Assembly (NCBI GenBank): GCA_052327205.1 | Contig: CM126202.1 | Coordinates: 407,526,001-407,590,000, forward strand | Direction: 5' to 3' | DNA length: 64,000 nt | From: Somniosus microcephalus | Lineage: Eukaryota | Part shown: piece after piece, positions 13,293-24,474 of the stretch | Position numbering within the stretch: position 1 is the stretch's first letter | Layout of the letters: each line of letters begins with the position of its first letter | Notes under the pieces: generated by a model | What the model saw: the letters and a program-made list of their open reading frames with translations, nothing else | The model's database searches: none | Told to the model about the DNA's origin: nothing | Position numbers and translations under genes: made by a program

Positions 13293-14354
13293 GAAGTGCT
13301 TAAATGACAGGAGCAATAAAATATCTCCCCAGATAAATCCTCTCCTTACCATAGATCAAAAATCTCACCTCACTAACATAAACACTTAAGTTTGCCACTA
13401 ACATCTTCCACTGAAATTTATATCTTGAGATCTGGGCCTGCCTTTTCCATTCCAGGGTGCCTCTGTGACCGACGTATGGTGGGGTGGGATATGAAGAATT
13501 ATCATGAATGACGTTGCAACAATATCCTACCCCTCGTTTGCATCTCCTCCACTTCATCTCTGGTAAACCTTGGCAGTGCTAGTCCCAGGGGCCAGTAAAA
13601 TTCGGCGGATCCATGCCAGCCAGAGCCTCAGTGTCGCGCCAGCCAGAGCCTATCTCTGCCCACACTCACCACTTGTGTAATCAGTTTTGATGGGAAGTGA
13701 TCCAGAATATCCAGGCCTACATCCCTCTAAACAGTACATCACTCACCTCGTCTCCCTCCTCCCTCCCTCTCCTCGGCACTTATAGTTCAGAACGAGTCTG
13801 ATTATCATCTTTTATTATATTTATATATACAGGTTTATTAGGATCACAGTGATTCAGTAGAGTAGATTGAAGAGCACAAATTATAATACATTTGTGCTAT
13901 CAGAATACTGCACCCAGTTATCCTGATCCTTACTATACTGTTCATGTCTCTAATAGCAAATATGGCACTAAAAATCAGGTGAAAGTAATACCTGTACTGT
14001 CTTTAAGAGTGCCTGCAGCTGCTACACTTAGATATGGATTTGCTTTAACCTGGCTGATATAATCAAGGCACATTTTCAAATGTTGTTCCCAGGAGCGGTG
14101 ACACACTCCTTGAGCTACAAATAATGGAAGTGGGAGGCACTCATTATGTTATTCTCAGAAGAGCAGGTAATCCTAATGCCCTGGCCAACATTCTCTCACC
14201 CACTGAAAAAAACCATGCTATATCTTGCTCCACATCCCCACCAGTTCCCCAGACACCCATTTAATGTGAAAATTGACATGTTTTTGGATGAGATCGAACT
14301 AATTCCTAAATGATCAAATTTATTGAAGCTAATAATACAGGAATGCTTTCAATT

Positions 14355-14595
14355 ATTCACGTGTGAGTCCAGATAGAGTGTAGGCAGACTACTCAACATG
14401 GAGAGGATTGTAGCTAAGCCTGATCCCATTCTCACCCAACGCCCATGGTGTAACCAACCTCATTACAAATCTCTCCAGGGTCACTGGATAGTGATCAGGA
14501 GTGGTTGATTTTCCCCCTCCCTAGTCCAGAGTTGCCACAGTATTGTAACAGCCCAAGTGCCGCCCTATCTGAGATCAGCCAACTCAACACAGAAT
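14355..14595 (-). mobile_element. Ancient SINE copy
   Basis: ggtcactggatagtgatcaggag...ctgagatcagccaactca matches the 37565 family. Confidence 0.6.
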
Positions 14596-15430
14596 TCTTT
14601 GAAGCATTTTGAATGTTCTAAAACAATAATCATTTTTATAACATATCTGCTGTGAACAACGTGCGAGCGGTTTTCAGTTCAGTGGCAATCTCCGTGTTGT
14701 CAATGCTCAGCAATAACATATGTGATCAGTGAAAATGAAACACCAGCCTGTGAAAGTTTAAACTTTCATCGTGACAAACCTCTGCCCTGTAGGCACTCGG
14801 AAGGTACGTTCCAAATCACGCTCATTCTTCCAACTAGCCAATCAGTCCCACTCTTAGGATTATTCTAGCTTTTAAAATTTGAATCATATTAAAAAGAAAA
14901 AGCAAAAGTTCTATAATGAATGGAGAGACGGGGTATATGTGTTGGGGATAACCATGTGGCATCACCATGTGGCAAAACTATCCTTGGCATTGTTTTAACA
15001 CCAAATAAACAGATTGCTTATTTGCTATCAGCCTAGTACCACAGCCCTGTATATATGTTTTAATATAGGGCAAGTGATGTGTTGTTAGATCGGCTCAGAA
15101 GCTGGCATTTCACTGCCAGCAGGACTATGTGTGTACTCGGGCAACACTGTATACAGTAAGTGTAGAAATTCACTGGGTTTGTCTCAGGATGTTGGACCAC
15201 AACATCGGATATGCCCTATTTATTTATAAAAGTATACTATACCATATACTATATAACATTCCACCCAGAAAAAGGCATCCAGAAACTATTAAAAATTCAG
15301 ACACTGCTATCCAAGACACAATTCAATGAATCTTGCTATTATGTATATATTATATATACACAATATATATACACAATCGGGTCGAGTTATAACAAAAACA
15401 AGTTTTAGAAAGAAATACATCTGTGCTTAC

Positions 15431-15533
15431 CTATTACCCGCCGGTCGCTCATTTTGCTGAGGAATGTTCTCAAGCTTTTAAAGTGGAAACTCCGTGACCT
15501 CCTGGGGACAGTCGGCGGCTCGGAACCATCCAT
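15431..15533 (-). CDS. Candidate first coding exon of an unidentified host gene (MDGSEPPTVPRRSRSFHFKSLRTFLSKMSDRRVI..)
   Basis: Non-repetitive CpG-rich patch; strong Kozak gcggcgATGG at 15533 (in-frame ATG also at 15578); donor AG|gtaag at 15430; phase 1. Confidence 0.45.
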
Positions 15534-15679
15534 CGCCGCCGAGATGGCAGCCCCCCGAGCCGGCTGCAAGTGAGACATGTGCCTGGTGTAGGTGTGAATA
15601 TCCTGCAGAGGACAACGCTTGGCATCCTCCGAGCCCAGGCGCCCCGGGCACACAGCGAGGATTTCTCTTTCAATCTGTG

Positions 15680-15800
15680 CTGGTGTAAAGTGGCGGGGAG
15701 GGGCTGAGTCAAGGCGCTCTGCTCACTCACTCCTGCTCACTTCGCTCGGATTGGAACAAACGGGGGTTTTTTTCTGCAGCTGCGGGAAGTTTGCAGCAAA
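15680..15800 (-). promoter_or_regulatory. Putative promoter of that exon
   Basis: GC-box-like ggcggggagggg and AP-1 site tgagtca (~15705) in a CpG-enriched patch. Confidence 0.35.
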
Positions 15801-17063
15801 GCCACAGTTTGAAGTCAGCAACAACTCAAAATGAGATCATGGATCATTTCTCAGCCTCCTGCACACCCACCCAACACACTCCTAGGAGAGAGGGATTACC
15901 AAAACAAACTACCGTATCCAACTGTCCCAAGATTATCATAGTCGAGAATCATACAGCACAGAAGGAGGCCATTCGGCCCATCGTGCCTGTGCCGGCTCTT
16001 TGAAACAGCTATCCAACTATTCCCACTCCCCTCCTCTATCCCCATTTCACTATTTAAATTTCTTTCCACAATGAGCCTTTAAAATGTTTTCCTGAAGATG
16101 CTGATTCCTTCTGATACAGAACCATAGCTGCTGAATACTCTCTGCATAGGTGCAATCACTGGGCCGGATGAGGGGGGTTACACGCCACCACATATTTTTG
16201 ACATGGGTTATCTCCTAATTAAATCTTGGAATTACTCCGCCCCCAAACTCTTGCTGGGGTATGGATTCAACAAGTGTCACCGGCCATCCACTATCTCAAC
16301 CAACTGGTCCTTCTTCACGTGGGGGCCGAGACAGTGGGTGTCATTAGGATATTCGACCATGGTTGGAACATCACAGCTGAGCCTTAACCTGACATCCACA
16401 CAGTCTAGCAAGGGTCACTGAGCAGCAATCAAAAATGAGAGCCTTCATTAATTGTTCCCCCTCTCTAGCCTAGGGACACTGAGGTAATTTTAATACAAAT
16501 CATTTTCATTCATCAGTATTGGACTGCACCCAAATCTTGAACAACATCCAAAGGCCACATCAAATTCGATAAGTGGCAACTTTCAAATCATGTATTTGCC
16601 ATCCAGCCTATGTTAGGATTGACATTTTACTTCATTTTATATATCACTAGCTGGAGTACCCGGCATTGCCAAGGGAACTGAAGAACCCTCTGCCATGTTT
16701 ATAAAACTGTTTATAAAACTGTTGGGATTGAAGAACTCTTCCTAAGCACTCAGGAGGTGGTTCTTTAACTTCGTTTTTTGTTAATGGGGATCGCCAGTAG
16801 CCATATACTCCAGGTTTTATAGTTTTGGGTATGTCTCGCCTGGTCAACAGCTTGCCGTGCCTGAGTCTGGTCAGAAGTCTCTGAGGCTCTGGCTTAGGTA
16901 TGTCTCGCCTGGTCAACAGCTTGCCGTGCCTGAGTCTGGTCAGGAGTCTCTGACTCCCCCCTCCCTCTCTGTCCCCCTCCCTCCCTCACCCTCTCTCCCT
17001 CCCTCCCTTCAGGGGAAGGAGAGAGAGAGAGGGGGGAAGGAGAGAGAGAGAGGGGGAAGGAGA

Positions 17064-19281
17064 AATATGCAAAAAACTGGAAAAGCTCGAAATGGCCATA
17101 AAAGATAACCAAAACCCGCTAGACTCCATAATAACAGAAAAAGAACTAGTTGAAAAACTCAAGGACCTGCGACCAGGAAAAGCTTGCGGTGCAGACGGCA
17201 TACTAAGCGAGATGATTAAACACACAGACGATAAAATGAAACTGGCTATCCTAAAACTCTTCAACTTGGTTCTGAGTGTCGGTTACTTCCCTGATATCTG
17301 GAACAAAGGACTCATAATGCCCATATACAAAAGTGGGGACAAAGTCGACCCAAATAACTATCGAGGCATCTGTGTAAACAGTAACCTGGGGAAGGTATTC
17401 TGTAGTATCATAAACAAAAGACTTATAAACTTCCTTGAGGAGCACAATGTCTTGAGTAAAAGCCAAATTGGATTCCTGCCAAACTATAGAACATCAGATC
17501 ATATCTTCACCCTACAGACCCTAATTGACAAACACGTTCATCAAAACAAAAGCAAAATCTACGCATGCTTTATAGATTTCCAGAAGGCTTTCGATTCCAT
17601 CTGGCACGACGGTTTATTCCTGAAACTTATCGAAAGCGGGGTAGGGGGAAAAACATATGATGTAATTAAATCAATGTATACAAACAACAAATGTGCAGTT
17701 AAAATTGGAGAAAAACAAACAAAATACTTCCCACAGGGGCGGGGGGTGACGCAGGGCTCGCCCATCTCACCGACACTCTTTAATATTTACATAAATGAAT
17801 TGGCAAAACTACTTGAACAATCTACAGCACCTGGCCTCACCCTATATGAATCCAAGGTTAAATTCCTCCTCTATGCAGATGACCTGGTTCTGCTGTCACC
17901 AACTAAGGAGGGTCTACAGCAGAACCTGGATCTGCTGGAGTCGTTCTGCCAGACCTGGGCCCTGACAATAAATCCCCAAAAAACCAAAGTCCTTGTGTTC
18001 CAGCAAAGATCCAGACATCAGGGACCCAAAATAAATTTCACACTAGGAACAACCAAAATTGAACAAACCACTAACTACACATACTTGGGCTTAAAAATCA
18101 GTTCTACGGGAAATTTTCATCTGGCTGTGAATGAACTGAAAGAGAAAGCAAGAAGGGCTTTCTATGCCATTAAAAAATCAATCCAAATAGAAATCCCAAT
18201 TAGCATTTGGCTCAAAATTTTTAAATCAGTAATTGAACCAATGGCAGTGAGGTGTGGGGACTGCTAACACAACAAGAATTTGCAAAATGGGACAAACACC
18301 CAATTGAGGTCCTACATGCAGAATTCTGTAAAAGTATCCTCCGGACTCAAAGGAAAACCGTAAACAATGCATGCAGGGCAGAACTAGGCCAATATCCATT
18401 AATAATCACTATCCAAAAAAGAGCCACCAAATTTTGGAAACACCTAGAAATGAGCAACCCCCAATGCTATCATTACGAAGCCCTGAAATGCCAAGAGAGG
18501 ACCATAAAGAAGAATACCGTCAGTCAACTAGTCCTGGGACTCAGTGAAGTAACTACTAACACTACTAACAATAACCAGCCCCAGGACAGTGACAGCGTAA
18601 CACAAAGAATTCGACCCAACACAATCGTCGCTAAGCAAAAGGAAAAATATCTGTCATATTGGACAGAAACAACAAAAACCCAAAGCAAACTCAATTGCTA
18701 CTTGGCCCTAAACAGACAATACAACATGGCTGATTACCTGACCATGGTAAAGGATAGCAAACTGAGAAAAACCTTGACAATGTACAGACTTAGTGAACAT
18801 AGCCTGGCGATCGAAAAAGGTAGACACAGGCAGACCTGGCTACCAAGAGAGGACAGGATATGCTCTCACTGCAGTCAGGGAGTGGTGGAGACAGAGATGC
18901 ACTTCCTCACAGCTTGTAGAAAATATCAGGGCATAAGGGAGAATTTCTACCCAAAATTCACAAAAATATGCCCGGAATTCAGAAATTTGAATGACGACCA
19001 AAAACTCCCATACCTACTAGGGGAAGAGAGAAATTGTGTAACCTTAGTGGCACACTATGTTACAGCTTGCCATAAACAGAGGGACAACCACTAAATATAA
19101 GAAAAGAGTATATACAAATTATATGAAGTATATTTATACACTCAGGGATATATCTGTTTATACACTGTATGGATAGATCTGTATTTTTGTGTACAACCAT
19201 GAATGTTTTTCGATGTTTTGGCAACATAAGATGTACCTTGTCATGCCAATAAAGCGATTTGAATTGAATTGAAATTGAATT
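17064..19281 (+). mobile_element. 5'-truncated RTE-X-like non-LTR retrotransposon inserted in a GA satellite
   Basis: RT plus C-terminal RLSEHSLAIEKGR..RICSHC..ETEMHFL..C motif; AATAAA + (TTGAA)n tail running into gagagag. Confidence 0.85.
17092..19094 (+). pseudogene. RTE-X reverse transcriptase ORF, one frameshift (~18245), no endonuclease domain
   Basis: ORFs 17092-18267 (FIDFQKAFD, QGSPISP, LYADD) and 18252-19094. Confidence 0.88.
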
Positions 19282-19447
19282 GAGAGAGANNNNNNNNNNN
19301 NNNNNNNNNNNNNNNNNNNNNNNNNNNNNNNNNNNNNNNNNNNNNNNNNNNNNNNNNNNNNNNNNNNNNNNNNNNNNNNNNNNNNNNNNNNNNNNNNNNN
19401 NNNNNNNNNNNNNNNNNNNNNNNNNNNNNNNNNNNNNNNNNNNNNNN

Positions 19448-19906
19448 GGGGAAGGAGAGAGAGAGGGGGAAGGAGAGAGAGAGAGGGGGAAGGAGAGAGA
19501 GGGGGAAGGAGAGAGAGAGGGGGAAGGAGAGAGAGAGAGAGAGGGAAGGAGAGAGAGAGAGGGAAGGAGAGAGAGAAGGAAGAGGAGAGAGAGAGAGGGA
19601 AGGAGATAGAGAAGAGAGGAAGACACCCCGGGGAAGGGGTTGGACTCAGAGCCCGGCCCGGTGTCCCAGAGCCCCCATGCGCGGCATAGCACCTCAGGCC
19701 CGGCCGGAGTGACCCCAGCTCAGCTCCCGCTACGGCCCGCTGCCGGAGAGAGAGAGAGAGGGAAGGAGAGAGAGGGGGAAGGAGCGAGAGAGAGAGGGGG
19801 AAGGAGAGAGAGGGGGAAGGAGAGAGAGAGAGAGGGGGAAGGGGAGAGAGAGAGGGGGGAAGGAGCGAGAGAGAGAGGGGGAAGGAGAGAGAGAGAGGGG
19901 GAAGGA
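19448..19906. repeat. (ggggaaggagagagaga)n satellite with assembly gaps
   Basis: Directly visible; N runs on both sides. Confidence 0.9.
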
Positions 19907-20705
19907 NNNNNNNNNNNNNNNNNNNNNNNNNNNNNNNNNNNNNNNNNNNNNNNNNNNNNNNNNNNNNNNNNNNNNNNNNNNNNNNNNNNNNNNNNNNNNN
20001 NNNNNNNNNNNNNNNNNNNNNNNNNNNNNNNNNNNNNNNNNNNNNNNNNNNNNNNNGAAGACACCCCGGGGAAGGGGTTGGACTTAGAGCCCAGCCTTGG
20101 TGACCCAGAGCCCCCATGCGCGGCGTAGCGCCTCAGGCCCGGCCCGAGTGACCCCAGCTCAGCTCCCGCTCCGGCCTGCCACCGCCGCTCCCCTGCTCGA
20201 TGTCTTTCGGGCTCTCAGGCCACACGGGTGTATCTGTCTCTGTGTGTGAATGCTCACTGTCTATCGGGCTCTCGGGCCGCGTGGTTGTCTCTGTCTATGT
20301 CTGTGTATCTGTTTTCCCAGTCCCGCACTCACGGCAGGCTGCAGGATTAGGCCCCACCCACACACGCCATGAAATGCCCCCCATGATGCACTGCGCTTCC
20401 CCCGTAGGACTGGTCAACCATCACATCACTCAACGCTAATGAGCGGATTTTGTCCGTTTTTTGAAAGTTTTCTGTATACTGTCCAAGTAATCTTTGTCTG
20501 ACCAAAAAGTAAATATGCCTATGACACTCCCCTAATCATAAGCTTTCTTTTGATATAACATATGTGCAGGTAAGCTCTATAACCTTTGAGTTTACCGCGG
20601 ACATACACACAGACAGACAGACAGACAGATCCATTTATATATATAAAATAATAACTAGCTGGAGTGCCCGGCGGTGCCGAGGGTTTTTTGAGGGCATGTT
20701 GTTGT

Positions 20706-22330
20706 TGGAAGAGAGTGAGAGAGTGACTGGGGGGAAGAAAGAGAGCGACTTGGGGGAAGAGAGAGAGCGACGGGGGGAAGAGAGAGAGCGACTGGGGGAA
20801 GAGAGAGAGCGACTGGGGGGAAGAGAGACAGCGACTGGGGGAAGAGAGAGAGCGACTGGGGGGAAGAGAGCGAGCGACTGGGGGGAAGAGAGAGATGACT
20901 GGGGGGAAGAGAGAGACGACTGGGGGAAGAGAGAGAGCGAAGGGGGGAAGAGAGAGAACGACTGGGGGCAAGAGAGAGAGCGACTGGGGGGAAGAGAGAG
21001 AGCGACTGGGGGGAAGAGAGAGAGTGACGGGGGAAGAGAGAGAGCGACTGGGGGAAGAGAGAGAGCGACTGGGGGGAAGAGAGAGAGAGCGACTGGGGGG
21101 AAGAGAGAGAGAGAGCGACGGGGGGAAGAGAGAGAGCGACTGGGAGGAAGAGAGAGAGCGACGGGGGGAAGAGAGAGAGCGACTGGGGGGAAGAGAGAGA
21201 GAGCGACTGGGGGGAAGAGAGAGAGTGACTGGGGGGAAGAGAGAGCGCGACTGGGGGGAAGAGAGAGATGACTGGGGGGAAGAGAGAGACGACTGGGGGA
21301 AGAGAGAGAGCGAAGGGGGGAAGAGAGAGAACGACTGGGGGCAAGAGAGAGAGCGACTGGGGGGAAGAGAGAGAGCGACTGGGGGGAAGAGAGAGAGTGA
21401 CGGGGGAAGAGAGAGAGCGACTGGGGGAAGAGAGAGAGCGACTGGGGGGAAGAGAGAGAGAGCGACTGGGGGGAAGAGAGAGAGAGAGCGACGGGGGGAA
21501 GAGAGAGAGCGACTGGGAGGAAGAGAGAGAGCGACGGGGGGAAGAGAGAGAGCGACTGGGGGGAAGAGAGAGAGAGCGACTGGGGGGAAGAGAGAGAGTG
21601 ACTGGGGGGAAGAGAGAGCGCGACTAGGGGGAAGGGGGGAAAGGGGGGGAAAGGGGGGGAAGGGGGGAAAGGGGGGAAAGGGGAGGGGAGGAAAGGGGAG
21701 GGGAGGGGGGGAAAGGGGGGAAAGGGGAGGGGAGGGGAAGGGGGAAAGGGGAGGAAAGGGGAGGGGAGGGGGAAAGGGATGGGGAGGGGGGAAAGGAGGA
21801 GGAAGGGGGGGAANNNNNNNNNNNNNNNNNNNNNNNNNNNNNNNNNNNNNNNNNNNNNNNNNNNNNNNNNNNNNNNNNNNNNNNNNNNNNNNNNNNNNNN
21901 NNNNNNNNNNNNNNNNNNNNNNNNNNNNNNNNNNNNNNNNNNNNNNNNNNNNNNNNNNNNNNNNNNNNNNNNNNNNNNNNNNNNNNNNNNNNNNNNNNNN
22001 NNNNNNNNNNNNNNNNNNNNNNNNNNNNNNNNNNNNNNNNNNNNNNNNNNNNNNNNNNNNNNNNNNNNNNNNNNNNNNNNNNNNNNGGGAGGAGCGAGGG
22101 GGAGGGAAGGGGGCGGGGGGAGGGGGAGGAGGGAGGAGGAGAGGGGGGGAGGAGGGAGGGAGGGGGGAGGAGGGAGGGGAGCGGGAGGAGGGAGGGGGAG
22201 AGGGGGGAGGGGGAAGAGGGGGGAGGGGGGGAGGAGGGAGAGCGGGGGAGAGGGGAGGGGGAGGGGAGAGGAGGGGGAGGAGGAGGGGGAGGGGAGGGGA
22301 GGGGTGGGGGAGGTGGGGGAAGGAGGGGGG
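20706..22330. repeat. ~22-bp (gagcgactggggggaagagaga)n satellite with a ~373-bp higher-order repeat, then G/A low complexity
   Basis: The variant block at ~20895 recurs at ~21268. Confidence 0.92.
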
Positions 22331-22645
22331 AGCCAGCAGACCCTCTCCCCTCTGCCGGCGATGGCTCCGCTGAGCTCCGTGCCGCCCCACGCACTGACAT
22401 GCCGAGCGCAGCGCCCCGGTCAACCCGAGCCCCGCCCTCCCGAGGCCGGGCCGGCTTGAGACGGCCGATTGCGGCTGGCCGGGCCCGGTTGCCTTGGTAA
22501 CCCTCCTCCCCTCTCCGCTTCCTGATCTCCGGGACCGGGCCTGAGCGGCTTGAGACGGCCGATTGCGGCTGGCGAGCCCAGTTGCCGGGGTAACCCTTTC
22601 CGCTCCCCCTCCCCTCCCGAGCCCGGATTCCTCCTGGTCCTCGCC

Positions 22646-23543
22646 TCAGGTGGCACTGGCACTGGCAGCTTCAGCGCGTTGAGCCCGAGTTGGTGCTGCT
22701 TCATCTGAAAGTGGGAGGTGGAAGAGTGGCTTTAGCAAAAGGACAGGTTTGCTGAAAGGCATGCCAGATTGCGGCAAGGCTCTGACATGGCTGTACACTG
22801 AGGATGCATGCTGGCGGGGGGACCAAGTGGAAGGCAACAGGTGGAAAAGGTGAGAGTCTTACCCTCGCTGTCAGTAATTGGGTCGGCAGATGCAGTGGTC
22901 ACTGGACCAGACAGACGTCCTCCAAGTATCTGGTGCACTCTCTGCTCCAGATCCGTGAGAGTGACCACTTGTGCAGGTCCGCCACCGGTTCGACGCTGCT
23001 CCTTTCTAATCTGTGCCATCTTGGACTGCAGGGGAAAGAAGGGGAGGTTCTGTTACATGAGGCCTTGAGACCTCATCGCATGCCCCCCATGGTGCAAGAG
23101 CCCTTACATGAGGCCTTGAGACCTCATCGCATGCCCCCCATGGTGCAAGAGCCCTTACATGAGGCCTTGAGACATCTGTCCATGTGTGTGGCCAGAAAGG
23201 GCCATGGGTGCATACTGACAGATGGCCATTGGGGCATCATTGCAGCAGGGTGCCCGAAGTCAGCTGCAGATGGAGGGAAGCACAAGTTTGGTAAACCATC
23301 ACTCACCCTAACGATCCGTGTGAGGTCATTGAATTTCTTCCTGCACTGAACAGGGGTCCTGGTCGCCATGCTGCTGGAATTCACCCTCACAGCAACCTCC
23401 CTCCAAGATCGTCGATAAGCCTTCTGATTTGGCCTCTTGCCATTATCCGGATACAGGACCTCTCGACGGTGTTCAACTGCAGCCACCAAGTGGTCCAGAG
23501 CCTCAGTGCTGAAGCGCTCTGCTCTCTGCCTAACCTTCTCCAT
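22646..23543 (-). CDS. Myb/SANT-like DNA-binding protein (Harbinger-derived), 3 exons 23543-23307, 23025-22863, 22704-22646, ~152 aa, C-terminally short
   Basis: FSTEALDHL..W..VA..VN..RTPVQCRKKFNDL; exon 2 KMAQIRKEQRRTGGGP..LTDLEQRV; canonical GT/AG sites, compatible phases (0,1), no internal stop. Confidence 0.75.
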
Positions 23544-23902
23544 AATGCACAAGTTTCTAACGCCAGACAAGGGCGAGCGCCGAATCTGAGGCCTACAGGG
23601 CGTTGGGTGTTTAAGCTCAGTCTGACTGACCCGCCCCTTTAAGAGCCGGCCGGCGCCTGTAGGTCTCGTGCTTTCCCGTAATTGAGTTCACCTGCGCTGC
23701 ACCCGTCTGCGTCGATATTGAGTAGCGCCTGGCCTTTTGCGCCTTAAGAGCACCATGCAACGGCTGATTTAGCGCCTCAATCCCCTTTAGGGGCGATGCA
23801 ACCCAATATCGCGCCAGTCGGCGATAAGTTTCGTCTGGCTATAAACTTTGCGCATCGCCAGTTCTAACGCCTCAAGCGGGGCTATACCCAATTTCTGGGC
23901 CT
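22650..23902 (-). mobile_element. One-ended Harbinger fragment inside Helitron B
   Basis: TIR-like aatttctgggcc at ~23891-23902; Helitron homology to unit C resumes at tgtgttttaaaagcaac; no second TIR and no transposase. Confidence 0.7.
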
Positions 23903-23969
23903 ATGTGTTTTAAAAGCAACTTTTTTTTTAAAGACGCAGAAAGCGGGAAAAAGAAATGAAAAGTTTGGA

Positions 23970-24200
23970 ATCAAGATGGCAGCGACTCACCTCGGTTCAG
24001 AACGATAAGGCCCGCCCACACACGCACCGATTGGTCGACCGTCAGGTCACCGAAGCGTAGGATTGGTCAATCGTCCCATCACTCAACTCTAGGAGGGCTC
24101 GCCCGCAAGCGCCAGGAACCCACCCCCGCCCCCGCCACGCAGCGATTGGTCGACCGTCGGGTCACTCGACCGTACGATTGGTCGAACTCGACGTCACTCG
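23970..24200 (-). promoter_or_regulatory. Promoter-like module in Helitron B: 4 CCAAT boxes, GC boxes, CRE-like and YY1-like motifs
   Basis: gattgg at 24029, 24061, 24144, 24176 (pairs 32 bp apart); ccgccc; acgtca; aagatggc. Confidence 0.55.
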
Positions 24201-24474
24201 ATGCTAATGAGCGGATAATGAGCGGAATGTTGAACGTTTTTTGGATACCGTGGGCGCAATTTTTGTCTCGCCGAAACGTAAATACGCTTATGACAGTTCT
24301 GGAATCGTAAGCTTTCTTTTGATGTAACACACGTGTAGGTACGCTCTATAACTTTCGAGTTTATACAATACAGACAGACAAACAGACAGACGGAATGACA
24401 GACAGACAGATCGACCGCTTTATATATATAGATGCCCGGCGGTGCCGAGGCTTTTTCGAGGGCATGTTGTTGTT

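Larger units (their letters stand above)
16647..20647 (-). mobile_element. Non-autonomous Helitron unit A
   Basis: 3' CTAG|T at 16647-16650; hairpin cccggcattgccaaggg 16659-16675; 5' block 20437-20647 with (GACA)n is homologous to units B and C; terminal TC mutated. Confidence 0.8.
20655..24432 (-). mobile_element. Non-autonomous Helitron unit B carrying a Harbinger fragment
   Basis: CTAG 20655-20658, hairpin 20667-20683, 5' TC at 24432-24431 followed by TATATATA and (CTGT)n. Confidence 0.85.

Noticed and set aside
13390-13615. Possible further Myb-like remnant (PRFTRDEVEE, minus strand)
   Set aside because: Multiple stops and weak similarity; cannot be supported.
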